Shown: positions 26,512-36,205, counted from the first letter of the stretch. The stretch: DNA of 40,243 nucleotides from Halovenus sp. (GCA_028274925.1 JAQCNR010000459.1:1-40243); one strand, 5' to 3'. The notes: generated by a model not told the origin, from the letters alone. Numbers and translations are program-made.

Positions 26512-28631
26512 CGGTCGTGTTGTCGACAGTTGCGACCGTCGAGAGCGGGGCGTCGGTTATCACGCAACTGCTCGGTATCGCGGCGATGGCGGTGGTTCCA
26601 GCGGCGCTTGCTGCGCTGGCGTATCGGGCCGCTGCCGAGGACCAGATTCCGCCGTGGCTCGCTATCGCTGCCGGCGTCGCGGTCGTTGCGCTGTACCTCG
26701 GGACGACCCCAGCACTGGCGGTGTTGTTCGACGAGACTGTCCCGTCGCAACTCTCGACGACACTGTTCAACGTTGGTGCGCTGGTGCTCGCAGTCGCTGG
26801 CGCGGCGGTCGGCCGCGAGGTTGGCGACCGGTTCGGTGCCGAGGTACTCCGCTGGCACCCCACACAGAATGCCGGCCAGGAGGTTAGCCAACTCGCACAG
26901 GCTGTCGGGCAGGTCACGACAGTGTCGCTGCCGGCGGCCATCGAGGACGCACCAGGATACGACCCTGTTCCCCGGCGAACGAAGACGGAGTTGGCTGGCT
27001 CGGAGTTCGTCTTCCCGCGTGGGCTGACCGTCGAAGAACTCGAAGACCGCCTTGCCGAGCAGTTGCGCTCGGATTACGGGGTTGGCGTTGCAGACATCCA
27101 ATTCGACGAGTACGGCGACCTCGAATCGCTGGCGGTTGGGACCCGCGCGGCTGGTATTGGTGCGACGCTGCCGCCGGCAACCAACGCCGTGGCAGTCCGG
27201 GCCGACCCCGGCTTCTCGGCCAGTACTGGCGATGTTGTGCAGGTCTGGGAGCCTGACTCGATGCGGCGGGTCTGCACCGGCGAACTGCGGGGCGTCGCCG
27301 ACGACGTCGTGACAATTGCTATCGACGCAGCAGACACCCCGAAGGTCGACCCGACGCGGCGGTACCGACTCGTCACCCTGCCGGTCGATGACCGCCCAGA
27401 CCGGGAGTTCGCTTCGCTGTTGCGCGCTGCCGAGGAGACGTTCTCTACTGCGACAATCGAGGCCGGCAGTCCGCTCCACGGCCAGCCTGTCGGCGCGCTT
27501 GACCTGACGCTCATCGCTATCCGCCCCGAATCTGGCGACCCGGTTCCGTTCCCGGACAGCGAGTACCGCCTCGCGCCGGGTGACCTGCTCTTTGTCATCG
27601 CCACGCCGGGCCACCTGCGCCGACTCGAAGCCGGGGCGACTGCGCTCGACCCGACAGTTGCGAGTGCACCAGCGTTGTCGACTGACGAGTCCGACCCGGT
27701 CGAGAGCATCCAGACTGCCGACGCGACGGCGACTGCTCGCGAGGAACCAACCGGCGCGGATGGCCTTCCGGCCGGCGAGAGTGACGACGACGCTTCGGAC
27801 GAGCCAACGGCTGGCGAGCAACCCGCCGCTGAGCCGACGGCTGCGGAGGACCCTGCCACTAAGCCGACGACCGCTGCGGACTCCGCCACGACTGCAGGGT
27901 TGGAGTCATTCCAGAAAATCAAGGCAAACGCCGAGGAGAACGACCCAACCGAGCAAGCAGACACGGCGGAGGCAGCCACGAACGGAGACAGCACGTCGTT
28001 CGACGAACTCAAATCCGAGTTCGAGTCCGGCGACGCCGACTGGGAGGACGACGCTGCCGAGTCAGCCGATGAGCCACGTTCGTCTGAGACTGATGAGTCA
28101 GCCGACGCGGACCTTCCGGAGTCCGACGAAATCGAGATTGCGTTCGCCGACGAGAAGGACAGCGAGTCTGAAGCGCCAGACGATGACTCAGACGACGGCG
28201 GCGACGAACTCGTCAGCCTCGACGAGGCGGACATCAGTTTCGACGACGATGACGACGACGCTGACGCAGACGACACAGGCGACGAACTCGGCGGAATCGA
28301 TATCGATGAGAACCTGCAGGGCGACGCCGAGGCGGATATCTCGGACGATATCGGTGACCTGGAATTCGAGGACAACACCGAGGATGTCTCCGAATTAGAC
28401 CTTTCTGAGGACGAGGGACCATTCGCTGCCGATGACGAGGACGCGGATGACGAGGATGACCAAGTGGATGATGACGACGACGCGGACGACGAGGAGGACG
28501 CAGACGATGATTCAAGCAGTGGCGGCGGTAGTTCGTTCGCGCAGTTGAAAGAGGAGTTCGAGTCCGGCGACGCCGACTGGGAAGACGATGTCTCGGACAG
28601 TCCGGGCGGAGACATGCGACTTGACGAGTAA
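26508..28631 (+). CDS. Second TrkA-C membrane protein (paralogue) with a very long acidic C-terminal tail
   Basis: Same TM, middle-domain and TrkA-C layout (GSPLHGQPVG...LAPGDLLFVIA), then about 330 mostly D/E/A/S residues. Start uncertain (GTG 26508 preferred over 26469). Confidence 0.82.
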   Translation: MTVVLSTVATVESGASVITQLLGIAAMAVVPAALAALAYRAAAEDQIPPWLAIAAGVAVVALYLGTTPALAVLFDETVPSQLSTTLFNVGALVLAVAGAAVGREVGDRFGAEVLRWHPTQNAGQEVSQLAQAVGQVTTVSLPAAIEDAPGYDPVPRRTKTELAGSEFVFPRGLTVEELEDRLAEQLRSDYGVGVADIQFDEYGDLESLAVGTRAAGIGATLPPATNAVAVRADPGFSASTGDVVQVWEPDSMRRVCTGELRGVADDVVTIAIDAADTPKVDPTRRYRLVTLPVDDRPDREFASLLRAAEETFSTATIEAGSPLHGQPVGALDLTLIAIRPESGDPVPFPDSEYRLAPGDLLFVIATPGHLRRLEAGATALDPTVASAPALSTDESDPVESIQTADATATAREEPTGADGLPAGESDDDASDEPTAGEQPAAEPTAAEDPATKPTTAADSATTAGLESFQKIKANAEENDPTEQADTAEAATNGDSTSFDELKSEFESGDADWEDDAAESADEPRSSETDESADADLPESDEIEIAFADEKDSESEAPDDDSDDGGDELVSLDEADISFDDDDDDADADDTGDELGGIDIDENLQGDAEADISDDIGDLEFEDNTEDVSELDLSEDEGPFAADDEDADDEDDQVDDDDDADDEEDADDDSSSGGGSSFAQLKEEFESGDADWEDDVSDSPGGDMRLDE
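28017..28582 (+). repeat. 29-bp perfect direct repeat in the acidic tail
   Basis: GAGTTCGAGTCCGGCGACGCCGACTGGGA at 28017-28045 and 28554-28582, encoding EFESGDADWE. Confidence 0.95.
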
Positions 28632-28663
28632 TCCTCTTTGCTCTCGACGGCCGTAGAGGTGGT

Positions 28664-28945
28664 ATGCGCTGGAAACTATTCGCGACACTCTCCGAGACGG
28701 TCGGTGACAACGTCGTCGAGGTGCCGGTCGATGTGGAAGAGCCAACGCTGCGTGACGCCTTCGACGCGCTGCTCGCCGCGTATCCGGACCTCGAACCACA
28801 AGTGCTCGACGACGACGACACACTACAGGACCATCTCCGAATTCTCTCTGACGGCGAAGACCCGTTTCACTCGGCGACAGGCTGGGACACTGACGTCTCT
28901 GACGTTGGAGAACTCGCGATGTTTCCGCCGGTAACCGGCGGATAG
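28664..28945 (+). CDS. samp1: Ubiquitin-like small archaeal modifier protein (SAMP1/MoaD family)
   Basis: MRWKLFATL N-terminus and C-terminal FPPVTGG di-glycine. Confidence 0.88.
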   Translation: MRWKLFATLSETVGDNVVEVPVDVEEPTLRDAFDALLAAYPDLEPQVLDDDDTLQDHLRILSDGEDPFHSATGWDTDVSDVGELAMFPPVTGG

Positions 28946-28947
28946 CA

Positions 28948-30468
28948 CTAGTAGACTGCGTCGGCGATTTCTTGCGGGAGATTCTCGAACTGTTCGAGGT
29001 ACTCCCGGCGCTCGGTCCGGAGGCGTTCGAGTTCGGCCTCGAAGTCGTCGTAGTGCGCTGGCGGATAGAACGGCTCGACATCGATCCCAGGCACTGAGTC
29101 GGGTACCTCGAAGCCGAAGGTGTCGTCGGCTCGCCAGGTGATGTCGCCGCGGGCAGCACCGACGAGAATCTTCACCGACTCGCGAACACCGATATCGGCC
29201 TTGCTCGGGCCGACGTGGCCGGTGTTGATAATGAAACACTCGACGTTGTTGTCGGCGATGAGTTCACGGAATCGGTCACCCTCTTCGCCGGGCGGGCCGA
29301 CGATGAAGGGGTTCGTCCCGACGACGCGGATGGACTCACCCGCAGCGTCTGGGTCGCCAGCGCTGGTCTGGATGGACTCGCCGAGCATGAACGCCACGGC
29401 GGCTTGTTTGTCGTTGAGGCGTGCCACCGGGGGCATGGCCGGATTCCGCGTAATGAAGAACACTTGGTCGACGCCCTCGGCCATGTCGATATCTTCCGAG
29501 GCCGAAGAGAGGTCCTCACGCCGGATGACCGCCCGTCCGTTCGCGGTCAGTTCTGTATTATCGAAGTCGACAGTGCCGTCCTCGTCGACCCAGACGTTCT
29601 CGAAGACAGCTTCGTCGTCAGTTGCCGCCTCGTAGAGTGCGGGCTGTTCGTCTTCGTCGAGTCCGTCTGTCTTGATGTACAGGCCGTTGCCCTCGCTGCC
29701 AGTCACCTGTCCGTCTGGCAGCAGCGCACAGACATCGTCCTGTAGCATCTCTGTTCCTTCTGGTTCGTCCAGCCAACAGCCGTGGCCGGTCAGCGTCGAT
29801 TTCCCTGTGGCGCTGAGACCGAGAAATGCCTGTCCAACCGTCCTTACTTCGCCGTCCGATTCGATGGTGACGCGTTTGCTCCCTGCGTGGATGCCGAGTC
29901 CCCCCTGCTCTTTGACTCGGCGCATGAACAGTCGCAGGAACGATTTCTTCGCCTCACCGGTGTAGTCGCTGCCCAGCACGAAGGTTAGCCCCTCGTCCGG
30001 CAGGACGCGAATGCGCCGTTCGTTGTCCACCTGTTCGTCCCACTCCGGTAGCTGAAGGGTCTGGAAATCCGGCTCGCCCGTCGCGGGTTCGAGAAGGTTC
30101 CCCCACGCCAGCGCAATTCGGCTGTATTCCGTGGGCACGAACAGTCGGCAGGTGAACGACGTCTCCTCGTGGCGACCGACCTGCCGGTCGAGACAGACGA
30201 GTTCGCGCTCGGCGGCGGCTGCGAGTCCGTCCGAAATCGCTTCCCAGTCGGCGTCATCGAACTCGTCGTCAATGAGATTTGTTGTCTGGTCCGCGCTCCG
30301 GGACTTTTGCTCGCTCACGTACCGGGGACTCCCGTACTCGGTGGTCCGCTCGTCGTGACTCGCGTATTCCCGCAACTGCTCATTTGTCGGATTATAAACG
30401 ACGTTGTCGGCGACCTCGGGATCCGGGAACTCCTCCGGGAGACGGGATCGTTCCACCCTTTGACTCAT
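28948..30468 (-). CDS. pckA: Phosphoenolpyruvate carboxykinase (ATP)
   Basis: YTGEAKKS, IHAGSK, GLSATGKSTL, LQDD, EGNGLYIKT, NGRA, NPF, INTG. Start at ATG 30468. Confidence 0.93.
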   Translation of the reverse strand: MSQRVERSRLPEEFPDPEVADNVVYNPTNEQLREYASHDERTTEYGSPRYVSEQKSRSADQTTNLIDDEFDDADWEAISDGLAAAAERELVCLDRQVGRHEETSFTCRLFVPTEYSRIALAWGNLLEPATGEPDFQTLQLPEWDEQVDNERRIRVLPDEGLTFVLGSDYTGEAKKSFLRLFMRRVKEQGGLGIHAGSKRVTIESDGEVRTVGQAFLGLSATGKSTLTGHGCWLDEPEGTEMLQDDVCALLPDGQVTGSEGNGLYIKTDGLDEDEQPALYEAATDDEAVFENVWVDEDGTVDFDNTELTANGRAVIRREDLSSASEDIDMAEGVDQVFFITRNPAMPPVARLNDKQAAVAFMLGESIQTSAGDPDAAGESIRVVGTNPFIVGPPGEEGDRFRELIADNNVECFIINTGHVGPSKADIGVRESVKILVGAARGDITWRADDTFGFEVPDSVPGIDVEPFYPPAHYDDFEAELERLRTERREYLEQFENLPQEIADAVY

Positions 30469-30763
30469 GTGGTGTGTACGTCGACTGTCCGGAACATAAA
30501 GTATTGGAAATCGCCGGAATCTGCGAGACATTCCCATGCGAGACCCACGCGCTACTCGTCGCACCGGATTTCGTACGGGTGGTGGTAGCCCAATTCTTGA
30601 CGCGTACGCCGAGTGCTCCGCCAATGGGCGGTCAATACCTCTCTGGGCACAAATCTGTGGATGGGTCCCCTCGAGACGATAGATGGTGGTGGATGGAGTT
30701 CTATGGTAATAAGCGCAACAGCTATACGTACAAACGACGTACATCAGAGTAGAGAAACCCAAC

Positions 30764-31369
30764 ATGTCCGTATACACGAACCCCATCAAGACGACGTTCG
30801 AACTGCAGCGACAGTCGCTGAAACAGGGCCAGGCGTTGCTCACGCAGGGCGTCGACGTCCAGCAGCAGGTCGGCAAGTCGGTGATTGCCGGCATCGAGAG
30901 CCAAGAGCAGTTCCAACGGCGCTTCGTCGAGTTCAATCAGGACGCAGTGACCGACACACTAGAAATCCTCGGAGAGACGTCGGGGCTCGACTCCGAAGAT
31001 TCAGAGCTTCGCGCCAACTTGGACGACGGCTACGACGAACTGCTATCGCGACACGCAGAGCTGTTCGACACCATCACCAAAGAGCTCGGAGAACACGGAA
31101 TCGACCCGTCCGAGGAACTGAGTGCGGACCTGCTGGAGACCATCGACGAGCAACTCGACCTCCTGCTCGAAACACACGAGGAGTTAGAGGCCCAGTCTGT
31201 CGAGGCCGTCGACGACCTCGAAAGCCAGCTCACCGAACTCCGCGAACAGGTCGGTGATGTCAATAAAGAACTCGCCGACGAAGTCGAAGAGCTTCGGGAG
31301 CAGGCGAGTGAGGTCCAGGACCAGATACGGCAGGTCTCAGAAGACGCGGCAGACGCCGTCGAGAACTGA
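30764..31369 (+). CDS. Coiled-coil protein, haloarchaeal phasin (PhaP)-like
   Basis: NPIKTTFELQRQSLKQGQ...ESQEQFQRRFVE resembles the haloarchaeal phasin N-terminus as I recall it. All-helical and Q/E-rich. Confidence 0.6.
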   Translation: MSVYTNPIKTTFELQRQSLKQGQALLTQGVDVQQQVGKSVIAGIESQEQFQRRFVEFNQDAVTDTLEILGETSGLDSEDSELRANLDDGYDELLSRHAELFDTITKELGEHGIDPSEELSADLLETIDEQLDLLLETHEELEAQSVEAVDDLESQLTELREQVGDVNKELADEVEELREQASEVQDQIRQVSEDAADAVEN

Positions 31370-31446
31370 CCGCGCTCTCTTTGTTTCTCGGCAGTGAATA
31401 TGTGGGCACAACTTCTATGTAAGTCTCCGGCGTTTGTTATCGACGT

Positions 31447-31857
31447 ATGCCAGTCACTGACGACGACGAGCTTCGTTCCATCCTCGATTACAAACGTGTT
31501 GCCGTTGTCGGGTGTTCGAGCACGCCCGGCAAGGACGCACACGACATCCCGAGTTATCTCGACCGCCAGGGGTACGACATCGTTCCGGTCAACCCCTACG
31601 CCGACGAGGTGCTGGGCAAACAGGCCTACGACTCACTCGGAGAGGTTCCGGGGGACATCGACATCGTCGAGGTGTTCCGACCGAGCGACGAGGTCAGCGG
31701 TATCGTCGACAGTGCACTCTCTCGCGAGGATGTCAAGATTATCTGGCTCCAACTCGGCATCCACGACGACGAGGCCGTCGAGCGCGCCGAAGCGGGGGGC
31801 AAACGAGTCGTCCAGGACCGCTGCATGAAACCTGAACACCAGCGTCTCGTCTCTTAG
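31447..31857 (+). CDS. CoA-binding protein (YccU-like)
   Basis: VAVVGCS...PVNP...IDIVEVFRPS...IWLQLGI...VVQDRCM. Confidence 0.92.
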   Translation: MPVTDDDELRSILDYKRVAVVGCSSTPGKDAHDIPSYLDRQGYDIVPVNPYADEVLGKQAYDSLGEVPGDIDIVEVFRPSDEVSGIVDSALSREDVKIIWLQLGIHDDEAVERAEAGGKRVVQDRCMKPEHQRLVS

Positions 31858-32549
31858 AACTCCTCGATGTAGGGCCGGAGGTCCAGTTCGAGCGTCCACG
31901 ACGTTTTGTCCTGTTCGACGAGATGCCAGTACGACTCGGCGATTTCGTCCGGGTCGAGCAACGAGTCCTCGTCTCGGTTGGGCTGTTGACGACCCATCGT
32001 CGGCGTCGAAATCTGGCCGTCGATGACGACGTGAGCGACGTGAATCCCCTCGGGGCCGAGTTCGCGGGCCATCGATTCGGCCATTCCCCGAACGGCGAAT
32101 TTCGCAGCACTGAACCCGAGCGCACCGTCACGACCCCGAACCGCAGAGGTCGCGCCGGTGAAGATGATCGTCCCGCCGTCGTCCATGTCGGCGACGGCCT
32201 GCTGTGAGCAGACCAACGCTCCCTGTCCCGAGACTCGCCAGGCCTGCTCGAACTCGTCGGGAGAGATATCACGAACCCCTTTCCAGGCCGCGCCACTGGC
32301 GTGGTTGACGAGAATATCGACCGCTCCGAACGCGTCCCGGACTTCGTCGAACGCCTCGGCAACACGCTCCTCGTCGGTGATGTCTGTCGGAACGCCGATT
32401 GCCTGCTCACCGAGTTCTGCCGAAAGTTCGTCGAGATAGCCTGTCGAACGGGCGAACAATCCCACCTGGCAGCCCTCGTCGATGAACTTCCGTGCGAGTG
32501 ACTCCCCCAGTCCGGGGCCGACGCCAGCGATGACTGCTGTCTGTGACAT
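31854..32549 (-). CDS. SDR family oxidoreductase
   Basis: GVGPGLG, TGATSAVRG, FSAAKFAVRG, IHVAHVVIDG, WTLELDLRP. Confidence 0.9.
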   Translation of the reverse strand: MSQTAVIAGVGPGLGESLARKFIDEGCQVGLFARSTGYLDELSAELGEQAIGVPTDITDEERVAEAFDEVRDAFGAVDILVNHASGAAWKGVRDISPDEFEQAWRVSGQGALVCSQQAVADMDDGGTIIFTGATSAVRGRDGALGFSAAKFAVRGMAESMARELGPEGIHVAHVVIDGQISTPTMGRQQPNRDEDSLLDPDEIAESYWHLVEQDKTSWTLELDLRPYIEEF

Positions 32550-32600
32550 ACTGCTCTCTGTGCGCGCCGCGAGTATAACTCTCGGGGCAGATTTGCAAAC

Positions 32601-32957
32601 TCACAACGCTGCTGCGAGCACCCACGCAAGCCCCACAGCCAGCGCACACAGCGCAAATGTTCCGAACGCATACCCGACAGCCCGTTTCAGTTTTCCACGC
32701 TCCCAGAGCCGAACCGTCTCGACAGAAAAGGACGAGTAGGTGGTAAACGAGCCACACGTACCGGTTCCGACCAGCAAGGCAATTTCTGTCGAGGCCCCAA
32801 TCGCAGTCACAAGACCCAGCGCGAAACTTCCGAGCACGTTGACTGTGAGCGTATCGAGTGGAATCGACTCTGCTGGGACGACCTCGCCAACGAGATACCG
32901 GAGGATAGCGCCGATTGCCCCGCCGAACCCGACGAGTTGTATCGCCAGTAGTTCCAT
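32601..32957 (-). CDS. crcB: Fluoride efflux channel Fluc/CrcB
   Basis: GGAIGAILRY, TLTVNVLGSF, GTCGSFTTYSSF. Confidence 0.92.
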   Translation of the reverse strand: MELLAIQLVGFGGAIGAILRYLVGEVVPAESIPLDTLTVNVLGSFALGLVTAIGASTEIALLVGTGTCGSFTTYSSFSVETVRLWERGKLKRAVGYAFGTFALCALAVGLAWVLAAAL

Positions 32958-33337
32958 CACCGCTCACCTCCCGCACGAGCGAGCGCCCGCCCACCGAGCA
33001 CGCCGACGAATCCGAGCGCGTAACTCCCGAGGACGTAGCCAGCGCCAAGGACAGGCGTGGCTGTGAGCGCGTCCACGACGAACGTCGAGTAGGTGGTGAA
33101 CGACGAGAGCATCCCGGTGGCGAGCACACGCCTGCTCGTGGCTGTCAGCCGACCCGTGAACTCCGCTTCGTAGACGATGAGGCCGAGCGCGAAACTCCCG
33201 ACGATGTTGACTATCGCTGTCGCCACGAGCGTCGTCGGAACAAGCACGTCGACCAGATACCGGAGATTCGCGCCGACGAACCCACCAATTCCGACTCCCA
33301 GCACCGCCTCAAGTCGGGCAAGTCGTCTGCCCGCCAT
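32957..33337 (-). CDS. crcB: Fluoride efflux channel Fluc/CrcB (second subunit)
   Basis: GGFVGANLRY, VNIVGSF, GMLSSFTTYSTF. 1-bp TGATG overlaps on both sides. Confidence 0.9.
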   Translation of the reverse strand: MAGRRLARLEAVLGVGIGGFVGANLRYLVDVLVPTTLVATAIVNIVGSFALGLIVYEAEFTGRLTATSRRVLATGMLSSFTTYSTFVVDALTATPVLGAGYVLGSYALGFVGVLGGRALARAGGER

Positions 33338-34074
33338 CAGTCAAGCAGCGGGTCGGGCGAACGGTAGACGATTTCCATCGGCAATCCATGCTCGTCGGTC
33401 GGTGGGTCCGCCGGGAGCGTTCGCAGCGGTGCGTTCGACGGCCGGGCGGTGTAGGCCAGCACAACGGCGTCGATAACGTCGTTGACGGCGACATCTGCGC
33501 CGTCGGTTGCCTCCGCAACTGCCTGCACGACCGGTGGTGCGTCTGGGTCGTGGCTGGCGAGGACGCGCATCCGTTCGGCGTACCCCCCGGCCCGCCGTTT
33601 CGAGTGTGCGAGCGGTTCGCCAGCGAGTGCACGAAAACAGACCTCTGGGTTCGACTCGCGGAAGGCAGTCCGGGCCTCCGGAACGTTCCGCAGTAGGTCG
33701 TCGACGGCAGCAATCTCGTCGCTGATTGCAAACGCTCGTTTCGAGAGTTCGGTGCCGCTCTTGCGCTCGTTGACGCGCTTGGCGGCCGGATACCGCCGCT
33801 TGCGTGTCGCTTCACGGACCGGCGGCGTGAGTACAGCACCGCTGCGCGGCCCGAGTACCGACCGTGCAAGTTCGTCACACGGTCGTTCCTCGCGGCCGCT
33901 TTCGACCAGTCCAATCGGAATGTTGATCAGAATCCGTGGGTCCTGTTCCTCGTAGCGCTGCCAGAGTTCGCCGACTTCACCGAACAGTTCGGTGTGGTCG
34001 TACCCCGACTCGTCGAACGCGACCGCAAGCCAGCCATCGCTGCTGTAGTCCACGCCGACGAACGTCGCTGCCAT
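33337..34074 (-). CDS. DUF429 family protein (predicted RNase H-like fold)
   Basis: FVGVD...GW, INIPIGL, RPCD..AR, ESNPEVCF, DVIDA. Confidence 0.8.
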   Translation of the reverse strand: MAATFVGVDYSSDGWLAVAFDESGYDHTELFGEVGELWQRYEEQDPRILINIPIGLVESGREERPCDELARSVLGPRSGAVLTPPVREATRKRRYPAAKRVNERKSGTELSKRAFAISDEIAAVDDLLRNVPEARTAFRESNPEVCFRALAGEPLAHSKRRAGGYAERMRVLASHDPDAPPVVQAVAEATDGADVAVNDVIDAVVLAYTARPSNAPLRTLPADPPTDEHGLPMEIVYRSPDPLLD

Positions 34075-34154
34075 ACCTCAGTTTTCGTAGCCCAGAATAA
34101 AAACCCCGGCATCAGTGGGTAATATTGATTTGGCAGGCGAGCAACGGTTCAGAT

Positions 34155-34586
34155 ATGAGCAACGAGAAAACTCTCTTCGAGCAGATTATCGCCGGCGAAA
34201 TACCGAGTTTCACCGTCTACGAGGACGAACACACCTACGCATTCCTCGATGTCAACCCGCTGGCACCGGGGCACACGCTTCTCATCCCGAAACACCCCTA
34301 CGAGCGACTGAACGACATGTCTGCCGAGGAGGCCGCCGAAGTGTTCGGGGTGCTCGCTGACCTCGTCCCCGCCGTCGAGACTGCCGTCGACGCAGACGCG
34401 AGTACCGTTGCGGTCAACAACGGCAAGGAGGCGGGTCAAGAAGTGCCACACGTCCACTGGCACATCATCCCGCGATTCGAGGACGACAACGTCGGCCCGA
34501 TTCACCGACTGTTCGACGGCGTTGACCTCGACGACGACGAGATGAGCGATATCGCGGCAGCGATTGCGTCCGGTCTCTCTGACTGA
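34155..34586 (+). CDS. HIT family nucleotide hydrolase
   Basis: AFLDVNP..PGHTL, GQEVPHVHWHIIPR histidine triad. Confidence 0.95.
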   Translation: MSNEKTLFEQIIAGEIPSFTVYEDEHTYAFLDVNPLAPGHTLLIPKHPYERLNDMSAEEAAEVFGVLADLVPAVETAVDADASTVAVNNGKEAGQEVPHVHWHIIPRFEDDNVGPIHRLFDGVDLDDDEMSDIAAAIASGLSD

Positions 34587-34640
34587 CTGTCGCTGCCAGA
34601 GATACGTAGGTTTATATACACGAACGAGCCAGCAACAGGC

Positions 34641-35372
34641 ATGTCGACTCGAATCGCGACGCTCGTCGGCGCGACGGGCGGCGCAGGAACGACCAGACTC
34701 ACAGTCGAGTCCGCGGCGTTGCTGGCTGCCACCGGCCGGTCGGTCGCGGTGTTCGACGCTGCAGTCCAGACGCAGGGACTCGCTGCCTACACCGACGGCC
34801 GCATCGACAGCGACCTGACCGCGCTACTCACAGGCGAAGCCGAACTCGACGAGACGCTGTACGAGATGGACCTCGACCTCCCAGGTACTGTTTCGCTCTG
34901 TCCAGCCCACGCACCGTTCGAGCGCCTCGCACGGGCGAAAACCGCGGGCGCGGCCAACCGATTCGAGCAACAACTCGCCGCGGCGGCCATCTCTCACGAC
35001 GCTGTACTGGTGGACACGCCGCCGATTGGTGGCAATCAGGCTATCGCTGCTGTCGAGGCTGCTGACCGCGTTGGAATCGTCGCCCCGGACACCCACCGCG
35101 GCAACGACGGACTCGCGCTGGCCCAGGAACGACTGGCTGATATTGGCCACGCTGCAACAGTTGTGCTCGCGAACCGCGCCGACGACGGCCCAGTTGAGGC
35201 CAACGTGGCTGTTCCGGAAAGTTCGGTGACAGCGCCCCGTGAGGCTCCCGCCTGTGTCCCGACTAACGAGCAGTTCACGCCGGCAGTTGCCGCGGCTGTC
35301 GAGCAGTTGCTCGGCGTCGATATCGATATCGAACCAGAAGAATCAGGTCGACTCTCCGGACTGCTCGGCTAG
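34641..35372 (+). CDS. ParA/MinD-like protein with degenerate Walker A
   Basis: GATGGAGTTR in the P-loop position and VLVDTPP Walker B. TTTATATA lies 23-30 bp upstream. Confidence 0.75.
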   Translation: MSTRIATLVGATGGAGTTRLTVESAALLAATGRSVAVFDAAVQTQGLAAYTDGRIDSDLTALLTGEAELDETLYEMDLDLPGTVSLCPAHAPFERLARAKTAGAANRFEQQLAAAAISHDAVLVDTPPIGGNQAIAAVEAADRVGIVAPDTHRGNDGLALAQERLADIGHAATVVLANRADDGPVEANVAVPESSVTAPREAPACVPTNEQFTPAVAAAVEQLLGVDIDIEPEESGRLSGLLG

Positions 35373-36205
35373 TTTTCTTCTTTGAGGTCTTCGAGTTCGG
35401 ATTCGATCTCTGCCTCGGAGACATCCGTCTCGGCGTCCGTGTCGGCCGCCTCGCTGCTGTCGGCTGTCTCGTTGTCTCCTGTTTCGCTGGTCTCTGTCTC
35501 AGCGTCCGCCTCGCCCATCTCGGATTTGAGCGTCTCCAGTTCGCGGTCGACAGCACCGTCGGTTGCCAGTTGGTCGAGTTCGCGGTCCAAATCGCTTTTG
35601 TCCGAAATCTGGTTTTCGAGTGCGCCGCTCTCCCGGAGTTCATCTAGTGCCGCCGCACGCGCTTCCATATCCTCTGTCTGCTCTTGGGCGCGTTCGATGG
35701 TGCGAGAGACGTCGTCCATCTCTTCGCCTGCGCCGGTCATCGCTTCGTTGACCTTCGCGCTGGCCTCGGCGGCCTCGTAGCGCGCTTTCATCGTCTCCTT
35801 TTTCGTTCGGAACTCCTCGATCTGGCGTTTGAGCTCGTCTTTCTGCGAGATGAGATTGTCCTGTTTGGTTTCGAGGTCGCCAATCTGGCGCTCCAGATCG
35901 TCGATCTGGCGCATCTTCTGTTTTTTCTTCTCTAAGGCTTTCCGCGCCAAGTCGTCGCGGTCCTGTTCGACTGCCTCGCGGGCCTGTTCGTTGTGTCGCT
36001 CGACGTTCTCTTCGAGGCGACGCTTCTGAATCTCTAGCCGTTTTTTCTGTGTCGTCAGGTCGGCAATGCCCTGTTTGACGCTTTGCAGTTGGTCCTGAAG
36101 CTGTTCGTAGGAGTAATCGAGTTGCTGGCCGGGGTCTTCAGCCCGGTTGAGCAACGAGTTGACTTTTGACCTGATTATCTGTGACGTTCGCGAGAGGATT
36201 CCCAT
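35369..36205 (-). CDS. pspA: PspA/IM30 family protein
   Basis: MGILSR...N.LL.RAEDP, A..A.....DDLARKAL, long coiled coil, MEARAAA. Confidence 0.92.
   Translation of the reverse strand: MGILSRTSQIIRSKVNSLLNRAEDPGQQLDYSYEQLQDQLQSVKQGIADLTTQKKRLEIQKRRLEENVERHNEQAREAVEQDRDDLARKALEKKKQKMRQIDDLERQIGDLETKQDNLISQKDELKRQIEEFRTKKETMKARYEAAEASAKVNEAMTGAGEEMDDVSRTIERAQEQTEDMEARAAALDELRESGALENQISDKSDLDRELDQLATDGAVDRELETLKSEMGEADAETETSETGDNETADSSEAADTDAETDVSEAEIESELEDLKEEN

Noticed and set aside
27074-28615. 513-aa Ser-rich ORF on the minus strand (also 26142-27821)
   Set aside because: Antisense shadow of GAC/GAG-rich codons in the acidic tail; no independent coding signal.
30469-30763. TrmB-type operator upstream of pckA
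   Set aside because: No TACT-N7/8-GAGTA match found by eye; only isolated half-sites.
30469-30936. 156-aa N-terminal extension of pckA in the ORF track
   Set aside because: Non-acidic, overlaps the divergent gene, and a TATA-like TTTATG sits about 30 bp before ATG 30468.
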